Assembly (NCBI GenBank): GCA_958009085.1
Contig: OY253673.1
Coordinates: 1-64,000, forward strand
From: Protoeuglena noctilucae
Taxonomy: Eukaryota
Direction of reading: 5' to 3'
Length of the DNA: 64,000 bases
Below the pieces are notes generated by a model. That model was not told the DNA's origin. It saw nothing but the letters and a program-made list of their open reading frames with translations, and did no database searches. Shown here piece after piece: positions 40,101 through 49,987 of this stretch. A program made the translations under genes and the position numbers. Position 1 is the stretch's first letter. Each line of letters opens with the position of its first letter.

Positions 40101-42545
40101 CGAATTCCAGTAGTAGGCGTCTGCCAGGCTGGCGGTGCTGTAGGCCTGGTCCTCCTGCATGGCCGCACCGATGACGAGGTAGCTGCCGTCCGCCGTCACG
40201 TCCAGGCTGCGGCCGAACCAGGCGCGCGTGGGCGGGGAGATGCCGGAGAGGATATCCTGGGGGGGAGGGCGGGGTGGGGGTGGGTGTCAGGTACATGCCA
40301 GTCAGAGGGCGCGTGGGTGGCTGACAGTGCGCGTCACGGTTGCGAAATCCCTATCCTCGGCACCGGCACCCGCGGCTGACCTGGTGCTCGGTCCACAGCC
40401 CCGTGTTTGGGTTGAGGCGGTAGACGAAGACCTGGTCTCCCGTGACGGGCGCCGTCTTGGCCTTGTCCTCATACGCCGACACGACCACGGTCGCGCCCCC
40501 GGCGGCGATGCCCACGGCGAACCCGAAGCCGCTGGACGCCCGCTGGCTGAGGACCTGGACCAGCGCCCAGGTGACGGTCTTGCCGGGGACGCGCCGGAAC
40601 ACGCAGGCGACGCCCGTGTCATTCTGGGCCGACAGGTCGCTGGCCGTGAAGAGGCCGGGGGTGCCCGTGAAGCCCGCCACGAGGTACGGGGTGCCGTCCG
40701 ACGCGTACGTCATGGCCACCGACGTGGCGACAACCTGGGTGCCAGGAGACGGGGCCAAGGGTGCGAGGTGGAGGGGCCTAGGGTTGGGGGTGTCAACACG
40801 ACCTGCTTGTGGACCCCGACAGTTCCTGCACATGCGCGCATCTCTCACCGTGGTGGGGTCGAACCCCCCCAGGTACGTGGTGGGGTCGAGCGACGAGACA
40901 TTCCAGGAGAACTCCGGGGCCTGGTTGCCCCAGGCGGACCCCTTGGCGAAGACGTGGAGGGTGGCCGTCGACACGGTGGGGCTCGAGGCGCTGTCCTGCT
41001 CCATGACCACCGCGGCCACGTAGGCGCCGTCCGAGGCCACGGCCAGGCTGCGGAGGCCCCAGCCCTGGAAGACGTACGTGGTGGTCGTCGAGACGCTGAC
41101 CGTCTGCGTCGTGCACGTGGACGCCCCGTTGCCCTTGCCATTCCCGTTCCCATTCCCGTTACCGTTCCCATTCCCGTTTCCATTGCCATTCCCATTCCCA
41201 TTCCCGTTGCCATTGCCGTTGTTGCCGGACCCGGTGCACTCTGCGGGGACAGGAGCAGAGGGCCAGGAGGGTCAGGGGCGACACGCCACGCCATTTCATC
41301 TCCTCGTCACCGAGCCCCTCACCCCCTTCCTGCCGCTGCTGCTGCTGCTGCCGCTCACCCGTCTGCTGCTGCTGCGTCTGCATGGTGACGGTCCGCGAGG
41401 GCACCGTCAGCACGGCCGGGTTGGCGTTGTCCCACCCGTCCGAGGGCCTCTCGAACACGTACACCTTGGGCAGCTCCCCGTCCTTGTCCCGCGTCTGCCC
41501 CGCCGACACGGCCACCGTGGCGCCCCTGTACGACACGGCCACCGCCTTGGCGAAGTCGCCGTCGTCCGCGTAGCTCCAGAATCGCGACAACCAGTAGTGC
41601 TGACTCTGGTCCGCGCGGAGGGAACGCCGGGCCTCGCGGCTCATGGCGCTGCGGGGGCCGAAACGCTCGGGACTCGCGCCATCCACGGCCACCCCTCCCA
41701 AGGGCCCGGGCACTGCACACGACCCCGTGCCCGCCCGTCCTCACCTGACGAGCGGCTCTGGCTCGTGGGCCCTGGGCGGCTGCGCCACGCCCTCCCTCCC
41801 CCGGGCCCTCAGCTGCCGGGCGGCACGCTCCATGGCGTCCGTGGCCTGGCGGTCCTCTAGAGACCCCTGAAGCTCCACGTCGTCGTCCTCCAGCATGCCC
41901 GAGGTCCCGAGCAGGCGGCGGTGGCCCCCGTGCCTCGAACTCTTGGGGTGGTCCTGGGACCTGCGGGTGGGTCGCAATGCGAGGACCGTGAAGGGAACGT
42001 CGCGAGCGGTGGGGGTACACAGAGGGGCTCGGGGGCGGGGGAGCGCGAGGCCCACCTCTGGGCCCACTTGCCGCCCACGCCGTTGTTGAAGCTCTCATCG
42101 TTCGTGTAGCCGCGCGGGTAGAGGGTCGAGCACGTGAGGTCGAGCGTGACGGGCGTCACGTTGCAGATCTGGGGCGGGGACGGGGGGCACCGCGTGACGC
42201 AGGGGGAGATAACGAAGGGGCAGGCGGCTGAGCGCGGGGCCCCGCGCGCTCGCCTGCACGCGGTTGAGCCAGGAACCCGTGGCACCAATGACGTACGTCG
42301 AGCCGTCGCCCGAGATGTCGGCCGTGGTGCCTCTCTTGTAGAACAGCGAGCGATTGGCGTAGTCCGCGGACGTCTGCGGGCGAAGAAGGCCCGGGAGCCT
42401 CGGCGGACGCGCTCTGGCACGCGGAATGCCGCACGCGACTAATTAGCTGCTCCTGCGCGCCGCGCACCAGGCCGGAGAGCGCCAGGACGAGCAGGAGGAC
42501 CAACACTTGATGTGATTGACGCAATCGCGGCCGCGCGGGGCCCAT
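37129..42545 (-). CDS. Secreted or surface FG-GAP (integrin-alpha-like beta-propeller) protein with SPPPP linkers and an (NG)n tract; spans the gap
   Basis: Signal peptide (VLVLLLVLALSGLVRG); repeated FG.SV......L.VGAP....G.VYVY units; SPPPPPSPPPP linkers. The exons at 37129-37645 left of the gap are only inferred to be its C-terminus. Confidence 0.8.
37729..37928. other. Assembly gap (200 N)
   Basis: Run of N. Confidence 1.
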
Positions 42546-43272
42546 GATGCCCACGCTTGGGGGCCGCGGGAGGGGCGAGGGGGTCTGCATCCCACCACCT
42601 TCCAACCCCTCCTCCGAGCCCGCCGGAAGGAGCTGCTGCTCCTTGCCTGTGCAACAAGGAAGGGGAGACGCGCCTCAAGCGGCAGCCTAACCGCGGGGGT
42701 TCCTTGCCCCCGGGCCTCTCCGATTCACTGGGGTTAGCTCCGCCGGCTCAAAATCCGCGCCGCACATGGGCCCCGGCCCATCGGCACCCCACGAATGCAA
42801 CAATTGAATGCCGTCAAAGTATCGTCGCGGGGCCCCTCACCGGCTCCTGTCCGCGCAGGCCTGGACGCGCGACGGTTCGCCACTGGCGCACCACGAAGCA
42901 GCCTCGCAGGGCTTCTGCAGTGCTAATATCTGTGCGCACCCCTCAGGCGTGTCGCCCCTTCCGCGCGGCGGAGGGCTTCCTCACAGGGCGCTGCGGTGCA
43001 AAAGGGCTAAATCTCAAGACAGGGTATCACGGCTAGTCACCTATCAAGTCTGTGTGCACTAGATTGCCGTCCCTGCGCCGAGGCCCGCCCCCTCATGCGC
43101 GGGAGCGCGGTGCAGCACACTTCCGTCGCCTGACCCGGAGTTTCATCCATCTCGAAGCGAGATCGCTGGAGCTGGCCGCCTCACTTGCTCCGACGTGACC
43201 ACTATCGCTGGCACTCGCGCACACCACGCGCAGAGCTTGCCGTCGGCGCAGGCATAGATCAGTGCGTCGACG

Positions 43273-44551
43273 ATGGGTTTCGCGAAGAAGGACGGCATGA
43301 AGTACGCCCGGCTGGGGTCGTCGGACTTGGAGGTCTCGCGCTGCTGTCTGGGGACCATGGTGCGCGCGCCTGCTGTGTGCCATCGGCGGCGGTCACGCCG
43401 GATGACACACGACACGCGGATGACGGAGAGCTGGTGCCATCCTGCCGTGGGCCTGCAGACGTGGGGGGAGCAGAACACGGAGGAGGAGGCTTGGGCGCAG
43501 CTGGACCGCGCCGTGGAGCTGGGCATCAATTTCATCGACACGGCTGAGATGTACCCGGTGCCGCCATCGGCGTCCACGGTCGGCCGCACGGAGGAGTACC
43601 TGGGCCGGTGGATGCAGGCGCGGGGCAACCGCGGCGACTTGGTGGTGGCCACCAAAGTGCTGGGACCCGGCTATCCGTGGGTCAAGGCCAACCGGACGGT
43701 GCCGCGGGGCGAGGAGGAGCGCGCGTCCCTGATGCGGGACCAGATCTTCGCGGCGCTCGAGGGGTCGCTCCGCCGCCTGCAGACCGACTACGTGGACCTG
43801 TACCAGATCCACTGGCCCGAGCGGTACGCCCCCGCGTTCGGCCGGTCCGTCTTCCACCGCGACCGGTACGCCGCGGGGAGCGCGACCATCGAGGAGCAGG
43901 TCCAGGCGATGGGCGAGCTCATCCGCCAGGGCAAGGTGAGGGTTCAGGGGTAGGATCGGGCCCTCTCGCGGCGCTTCGCACCCCGCCACGTGCCCCTGCT
44001 CCGCTGCGTCCGTGCAGGTGCGGCACTGGGGCCTCAGCAACGAGACGACGTACGGCCTGGTGACCTTCTGCGAGACGGCGCGCCGCCTGGGCGTGCCGCT
44101 GCCCGTCTCGGTGCAGAACGACTTCTCGCTCCTTAACCGCAACGACGAGACGCACCTGGCCGAGGCGCTCTTCCACTACAACGTGTCGCTCCTCACGTAC
44201 GGCTCGCTGGCCGGGGGCACGCTGTCGGGCAAGTACCACGACGGCAGCGCCGGCCCCACGTGCCGGCACGAGCGCTTCCCGAGCTTCCAGCCCCGCTACC
44301 ACAGCGAGCGCTCGCGGGCGGCGACGGCCAAGTACGTCGCTTTGGCCCGCGCCAGGGACATCGCGCCCGTGCACCTCGCGCTCGCCTGGGCCGACTCGCG
44401 CTGGTTCGTCGGCGCCGTCATCATCGGGGCCACGTCCGTCGCCCAGCTGGACGAGTGCGCGGGGGCGTGGCGCGTCGAGCTGGGGCAGGAGGTCCTGGAC
44501 GCCGTCGACGAGATCCACCGCGACCACCGCAACCCGAACCTGACGGATTAG
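43273..44551 (+). CDS. Aldo-keto reductase, Tas-like (3 exons)
   Basis: MKYARLGSSDLEVSRCCLGTM|TWGEQN, GINFIDTAEMYPVP, VVATKV, SLRRLQTDYVDLYQIHWPER, GK|VRHWGLSNET, LAGGTLSGKY, IIGATS. Confidence 0.95.
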
Positions 44552-45250
44552 CTCCCGGTGTTTGCTTGCGTGCTTGCATGCTGCCGGGCGTACACTGCGT
44601 TGATGTGCGATTCAACAGAGAGAGGTGCTGCGGTTGGTTCAGCTCAGGGTATGCGCACACGTCAGAGCCACGCGGCGCTCGCATCGTGGCAGGTGCGCCA
44701 GGCTCGCCAGGACAGCTCTGGAGCGCGCGCTTCATGCGAGGGCGCCTGCGACGATGCGACACCGGGGGCCCGTCAGGCAGGGCTGCAGAGGGTCCAGGGA
44801 TGAGGCAGGGGTGCGTGCGAACGTCCCTCGAGATCTCGGCAGTCCGGGAAAAAAAAAAAAAGCCCGCGGCGGGATCGGAGCTCGACACGTCAGCACCTGG
44901 TGCCAGACGCGGGTGCCTCTCACTTCTCTGGACACCAACCGTGACCCGTGAGTGACCACGATCTCGAGCTCGTCATTTCCCGCCGCGGGTGCCGGGCACA
45001 GGGGGGCGAACCCCCCCACTGGCCCCTAGGGATCCACACTCAGAGAGTGCGAGGGAGCTTTGCAAAGCGGCCCGGGGGCGGAAGCGTCATCAGGCCACCT
45101 GAACGCGTGCGCTAGGGGAGTGGCGCGTCCAAGGGACTGGGGGGACCGGATCTCGGGGACCTGGGTCCCCCGCTCTGTCCCACGAGGGGGGCGCCGCAGC
45201 CTTTGCAACACTCCGAACATGACGTGAAACCCTCGGCTACTGCTCCCGAC

Positions 45251-46088
45251 TCTTCTTCTTCTTTTTTTTTTTTTTTCTTTTTTCCCCTACTAGGCTCCTC
45301 TAGGAGGAGCCTCTAGGCTCCTCTACTAGGCTCCCGCCCGCCGGCACCCGCCCGAGGTTTCCTTGCGGGCACCCCGAGACGAGCACCGACGGGCAATAAC
45401 CACTGTCCCTAGAGACCGAACCCGGACTTTGGGCCCCGGAGGACCGGCGACCTTGAACTCCTGCACGTCCAAGAAGCACCGAAAGAACATGTGCAGACCC
45501 ACCACGTCCCGCGCACGCGCGAGCAGGCTACCCACACCATCACAGGAGTGCCATCTAGCAGACCCGGTGGGGCGCACCTTGCCGTGGCAGCCTAGCACGT
45601 CCCCCGCCAGCAGAAGCAGCACAGCTGCGCCATGACAGAGCGATGCATGCATAGGGCGCCATGGGATACGCTGGCGAGCCCTCACCTGTTGCGGCCTCAC
45701 CTGGGACTTACCTGCGCGGCTGCTGCCACTGCCCCTGGGACGCCCTCCCACGCGGACCTGCCATGCGGACCCTCACGGCAGATCACGCGGCAGCCGGGAA
45801 GCCTCCCCACTCGAACCTGCCGCCATCTGCGTGGGCGGGGACGAGCCGGTCCCCCCGCTCCCCCAGCAGAGCAGCGAGGCGCCCTGCCCCAGTGACAGCC
45901 AGAGTGTCTTGGACCTCGGCTGCCACGATGGCGCCAAGCTGGGCATAGAGGCCTGCGGGCGTCGACGGGGAGCGCCAGTCCTCCCGAAGCTCTTGGCGGC
46001 GCCTCCAGATGAGCTTAAAAGCCGCGGCCACGATGACCGCCCACGAGTACTGCGTGAAACGGCTGGAGGGAGGGGGGAGCTAGCTGTA
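45251..46088 (-). mobile_element. Putative 5'-truncated non-LTR retrotransposon 3' end with A-rich tail
   Basis: Start-less frame SWAVIVAAAFKLIWRRRQELRE.. (stop at 45783) resembles an L1-type ORF2 C-terminus. A ~500-nt UTR ends in CTAGGCTCC repeats and a hairpin, then a T/CTT run at 45251-45283 (poly(A)-like on the minus strand). Confidence 0.5.
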
Positions 46089-46089
46089 A

Positions 46090-46395
46090 GCGACGCCTGG
46101 AACGCCGCAGATCGGCGGAGCGGCGCATCGGCGGTTTGAATCTTTACTAAGGATAACATTTGATAGTAATGGCGCGCGCACGCCGATATTACTGTAAAGT
46201 CAACGGTCAACGGTCAACGGTCAACGGTCAACGGTCCGGCGGTCTTCAGCCGCGCCCTACGCCTCATGCGACGCCTGGAAGCCTTTTAGGAGAGGAGGCC
46301 GAAGGCCCCCCCCCTGTGCCCGTCAACAAGCCCCTTTACAAGCCATCACGCAGCGGCTTCGCCGCGACGCCCTACGCCTCATGCGACGCCTGGAA
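46090..46395. repeat. Repeat cluster: GCGACGCCTGGAA x3, 28-bp direct repeat, (GTCAACG)5
   Basis: GCGACGCCTGGAA at 46090, 46268 and 46383; CGCCCTACGCCTCATGCGACGCCTGGAA at 46253 and 46368; GTCAACG x5 at 46199-46233. Confidence 0.9.
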
Positions 46396-46401
46396 AAGCC
46401 C

Positions 46402-46695
46402 CTACCCGAGGTACGGAGGCTCCCAGCGCCAGAACACTGCACGCCCGAGTCGCTTGATTCTCCGCGCGATCTTCCGCTCGGCATCCTTCAGGTCGTATAG
46501 ATTGCGGTACATCGCCGTGAAGCCCTCTACTGAGGCCTCTGCGTCGGCCTCTGCCTCGCGCAGCATTTTGCTAATATCGTCTCTGGTGGACTGGAGCTGG
46601 TCGCAGAGAGCGACCCACTTCACCCACTCGCCTTGCAGCACTACGTGCGTCGCGGCTTCGCCGCTGCCTGTGTTATCAATCGTCGTCATCACCAT
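46402..46695 (-). CDS. Hypothetical coiled-coil protein (low-GC island)
   Basis: 97-aa intronless ORF with ATG start and helical composition. Confidence 0.6.
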   Translation of the reverse strand: MVMTTIDNTGSGEAATHVVLQGEWVKWVALCDQLQSTRDDISKMLREAEADAEASVEGFTAMYRNLYDLKDAERKIARRIKRLGRAVFWRWEPPYLG

Positions 46696-46715
46696 ACCCC
46701 TACGTCGGCAACCCT

Positions 46716-46830
46716 TTACGGCGTTTTTCTCCCCCTCCTGTACCGTTCCTTCGAACGCTGAATCGTGGCTTCGCGGTACCGCTCTCGATTGGCTTGATAA
46801 TAGCGTTTATGCTGCGTGTTCTTCGCTCAT
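46716..46830 (-). pseudogene. Frameshifted small basic YYxxNRE-repeat protein
   Basis: HKRYYQANRERYREATIQRSKERYRRGRKTP*; the ATG at 46830 is out of frame. Confidence 0.5.
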
Positions 46831-46851
46831 ATAAAAAAAGGGATAAAAATT

Positions 46852-47094
46852 TTATGACGGTCTGGATCCACGTGAACCGTTATGCCACGGCAGCATTTTA
46901 CCTGGTCTTCGGATGTCGTTCATCATGTCGTCGAATGACGTGTTTGATACGTCCGACGTTTTCGCAGGAGTGCCTCCGAACCAATACTCAAACGTAGCCT
47001 TACTTTTGTCCCATTTCGCTTGCGTGTAGTTGATAAAGATACCGAGCTCTTTATCGTTGGCGTCGTAAAGCATCACATATCGCGTCTTACCCAT
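46852..47094 (-). CDS. Hypothetical protein (low-GC island)
   Basis: 80-aa ORF MGKTRYVMLYDANDKELGIF.., preceded by an AT-rich spacer. Confidence 0.55.
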   Translation of the reverse strand: MGKTRYVMLYDANDKELGIFINYTQAKWDKSKATFEYWFGGTPAKTSDVSNTSFDDMMNDIRRPGKMLPWHNGSRGSRPS

Positions 47095-47208
47095 GATAAG
47101 GATAGAGAAAAGCTTTACGAGGATTTTTTTCCATCCTTGACGGTAAAAAAATGATGGTAAACATTAATTATTCATAATAATCATCATCATCATGGTATCT
47201 AGGTTGGA

Positions 47209-47628
47209 TTACTTGCCTCCCTTCGCGCACTGACTTGCAATATTTGCATTTTTAAAGTGATTTCGTTCGAAGTCTTGATCTTGCTCATGCATAACATCCA
47301 AATCGTACGGTGTGCAAAAGTAAATATCTGGGAATGCGGCACGAGCCTTTTCGATAGCCATCATTTCGTTTCCATGGGTGATGATCACCCAGTCTAGCTT
47401 CTTATCTTTGTGCCAAATCACGGCATTATCGTAGGCAAACAACTCTACGACATCCTCGCGTGGTTTCGTGTACTCGATAAATTTCATTGTCAACGGACAC
47501 CATGCTTTCTGCACGATGGCCATACTGGCAACGAGTTCGCACATATCAGGACATAGAGGGGTCATGTCAGCGAGAAGCTGGTAAACTTGGTCCTTGGACA
47601 CTGCCATGTTTTTCTCCATAATATACAT
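47209..47628 (-). CDS. Hypothetical protein (low-GC island)
   Basis: 139-aa ORF with globular, complex composition in AT-rich DNA, where long ORFs are unlikely by chance. Confidence 0.7.
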   Translation of the reverse strand: MYIMEKNMAVSKDQVYQLLADMTPLCPDMCELVASMAIVQKAWCPLTMKFIEYTKPREDVVELFAYDNAVIWHKDKKLDWVIITHGNEMMAIEKARAAFPDIYFCTPYDLDVMHEQDQDFERNHFKNANIASQCAKGGK

Positions 47629-47639
47629 ACATTATTTCT

Positions 47640-47838
47640 TTACGGCGTTTTTCTCCCCTTCCGTCTCGCCAAAGCGCGGGCCCGAAACTCAGGGTCTTCC
47701 GCGTACTTGCGTCTCATGTACTCCAATTTTTTCTCCCGATTCTTTTTGATACGCTTCTCTTTTCTGCTGGAGTATACGTTCCTTGTTAGCTTCATTGTAG
47801 ATCTTAAAGCGGTTAGCCGTAGCCGCAGAGTCTTCCAT
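47640..47838 (-). pseudogene. Small basic YxxxNKE/NRE-repeat protein with one frameshift
   Basis: MEDSAATANRFKIYNEANKERILQQKREAYQK / NREKKLEYMRRKYAEDPEFRARALARRKGRKTP*; the frame changes in the A-run at ~47743-47747. Confidence 0.6.
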
Positions 47839-47858
47839 ATAATGATGGCGAAAAGTCT

Positions 47859-48371
47859 TTACGCTTCCACCACGAGGTCTCTCTTGACAGTCTTTCGTCG
47901 TTTCGTTGTCGTATTAATGAGCTCGTAACTGCTTGGTAGTACGCGTACAATTTCAAAGACAGCTTTTGACACGTGTTCTGCGCGCGACTTTTTGAGTCTC
48001 GGGTTTGCATCTATCACACGCACTCGGTCTCCCACATTAAAGAGCGCCCTGGCATTTGTCTCTCGTTTGAAATTTTGGTTCAGTTTGTTTTGGAGGTATG
48101 TGATTTGATGGTAGTCCGTGGGACTTATCTCGTGGTCATCGACAAGCTTAATGACGTCATCCGGTTTCATTCCGGTTTGTTTCGAAACAGTGTCGTTATG
48201 CGCATGGGCCACTGCTGCCAATTTTTGCCAATACGTCATGTCGTCTGGTAGTCTCGTGATACCTTCCCGTAATGTTCGAATCATTCGTTCGGCTGTCGGA
48301 GCATGCTCTACGAACTGTTGCTGAACCCCTTGCTCCAGAAGCCATGTCACGGTGTCCTTGGAATCACCCAT
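47859..48371 (-). pseudogene. Polinton-type rve (DDE) integrase, C-terminal half (low-GC copy)
   Basis: WLLEQGV...HAPTAERMIRTLR...W..L..VAHAHNDTVSKQTGMKP...FNVGDRVRV matches the ERxxRTL / YNxxxHSxxGMxP / FxVGDxVR pattern. The N-terminal catalytic Asp region is not recognisable. Confidence 0.8.
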
Positions 48372-48669
48372 CGTAGCAGTGGTGGGGTAAGACCAGCGCC
48401 AGCGCAAAACTTTTTTGGCCATTTGGAAAGCTAACGGCGAGACTCGAACTTTCGACGCCTGACGAAAAAGCCCTTTGAAACGCGAACTGACAGCGCCGAA
48501 AACGCCAGAAAACAACGAAACGACGAAAATCGCCGTTCGAAAACGCGAAATTTCGAACAAGCGCTTCGCGGGACAGACAGCGGTCGGGGTCGAGGCCACG
48601 ACCTGCCGACAGGCCACTCTGGAACGCGAAGGGGCATGCAAATTTCCGAACGACCCTCATCCGAATCGG

Positions 48670-49137
48670 ATGCTCCTGGCTGCGATCATGGGTGCCGCTC
48701 GTGACCGACCCGCCTCGATGCCCTTCCATCACCTCGAGCGGCACATCCTGGGGCAACTCGAGCAGAGGCCGCGCCACGGATACACCATGGAGAGGGCGCG
48801 TGGGTTCCTCGCGTCGGAGCAGGGCCAGGCGTTCATGGCGTACGCGTACTGCCTCGACAGCGGGCACCGGTTCCGGCCCATCGTGGACTACTGCAGGGGG
48901 GTGCGCATCCGGGAGTCCTTGGAGGACCGGGTGGGGCGCGATGGGGACGATGGGTTGGGGTGCATGCTGTGCCATGGAGAGATCGGTCCATCTCCCGCTG
49001 CATTCTTGCCCTGCGGGCAAAGGGTCTGCTGCCGCAAGTGCAGGGATGATGTGTACCGCTTGATCAAGGCCAGATGCCCGAAGTGCTGCAAGCGCATCTT
49101 CCAGTACGCCATCCGTGTGAAGAATTCACAGATGTAG
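48670..49137 (+). CDS. RING-finger protein (putative E3 ligase)
   Basis: C-terminal CMLC-x12-PCGQ.VCC..C-x11-CPKC RING-HC-like motif with the His replaced by Gln. The start may be 48670, 48688 or 48718. Confidence 0.8.
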   Translation: MLLAAIMGAARDRPASMPFHHLERHILGQLEQRPRHGYTMERARGFLASEQGQAFMAYAYCLDSGHRFRPIVDYCRGVRIRESLEDRVGRDGDDGLGCMLCHGEIGPSPAAFLPCGQRVCCRKCRDDVYRLIKARCPKCCKRIFQYAIRVKNSQM

Positions 49138-49207
49138 GTGCCCACCCAGCACTAGGAACATAGCCGTGGCCCGGACCACCTCGAACGCCGCCCACTTCCA
49201 GTTGGCC

Positions 49208-49675
49208 TCAACCGCAGAGGCGAAAACACCCGGCCACCTTCTCGAACGCCTGCTCCGCCATGTCCTCCAGGTCCTCGGCCGACATCCGCTCGATGGCCCG
49301 GCGGGCGGCGGGGCCCACGGCCTTGGCCGCTCCCGCCTTCCTCAGCGAGTAGGCCAACCCGGCCGAGTCACCGGCCCCGGCCTTGACGGCGTGGGCGAAG
49401 GCCGCGACGACCGCCTCGAGCTTCGAGAACGGCCGCAGGCCCCGCACCGCCCGGTGCTGGGACGCCGCCACGAAGGCGTCGTGGCGCGCGTCGAGTGGGC
49501 TCATGTCGTCGTCCGCCAGGGCGCCCAGGAGGCTCGCCAGCGCGGCCGCCCGGGTGTCCTTGTCGGCCGCGGCCCCATGGTACAGCTTGACCAGCTCGGC
49601 GAGGTAGCCGGCCGTCGGCTGGGTCAACTTGGGCGCCAGCTTTTCCTGCCAGTCGAGCGCGAGGAGGTCCGCCAT
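49208..49675 (-). CDS. Hypothetical helical PLV protein
   Basis: 155-aa ORF from ATG 49675 with viral-type codon usage, downstream of the MCP cluster. Confidence 0.7.
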   Translation of the reverse strand: MADLLALDWQEKLAPKLTQPTAGYLAELVKLYHGAAADKDTRAAALASLLGALADDDMSPLDARHDAFVAASQHRAVRGLRPFSKLEAVVAAFAHAVKAGAGDSAGLAYSLRKAGAAKAVGPAARRAIERMSAEDLEDMAEQAFEKVAGCFRLCG

Positions 49676-49698
49676 GGTTGATTCTTGACCGCCCCGTT

Positions 49699-49953
49699 TT
49701 ATCTCTCGGCGACGGCGTGCCGGGCCGAGGCGGCGGCGATTAAATCCGCGAGCTTCCGCTGTCCCTCGTCCCGCGGCGCCTTGTACTCGACGGGGTACTT
49801 CTTGCCTGGACGCAGGGGTTTCCACAGCGAGAGCCCGCCCGGCTGGTAGGGCCCCCGCACGATCTGGGGGGTCTTGTCGAGGCGGTCCCGCTCCGAGAGC
49901 CGCGGCCACGACACGGCGCCGGTCACTTGGAGTCCGAGCGGCTGTCTCTGCAT
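49699..49953 (-). CDS. Small basic PLV protein
   Basis: 84-aa ORF directly after MCP, preceded by the same CCGCTTTTTTTC motif as MCP. Confidence 0.65.
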   Translation of the reverse strand: MQRQPLGLQVTGAVSWPRLSERDRLDKTPQIVRGPYQPGGLSLWKPLRPGKKYPVEYKAPRDEGQRKLADLIAAASARHAVAER

Positions 49954-49987
49954 GACCTCGGGGCGGGGAAAAAAAGCGGACGGGCGG

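Larger units (their letters stand above)
46090..48570 (-). mobile_element. Low-GC Polinton/PLV-like island
   Basis: Abrupt drop in GC content, compact intronless minus-strand ORFs, an rve-type integrase C-terminal half, and a repeat-rich left edge. Confidence 0.7.

Noticed and set aside
45028..45250. Structured ncRNA (hammerhead, U3/C-D snoRNA, RNase P/MRP or telomerase RNA) before the T-run
   Set aside because: CTGATGA is present on the minus strand but lacks the stem II-GAAA core. There is no P4 pairing and no CTAACCCT template; the T-run is better explained as a retroelement tail. An Rfam search would settle it.
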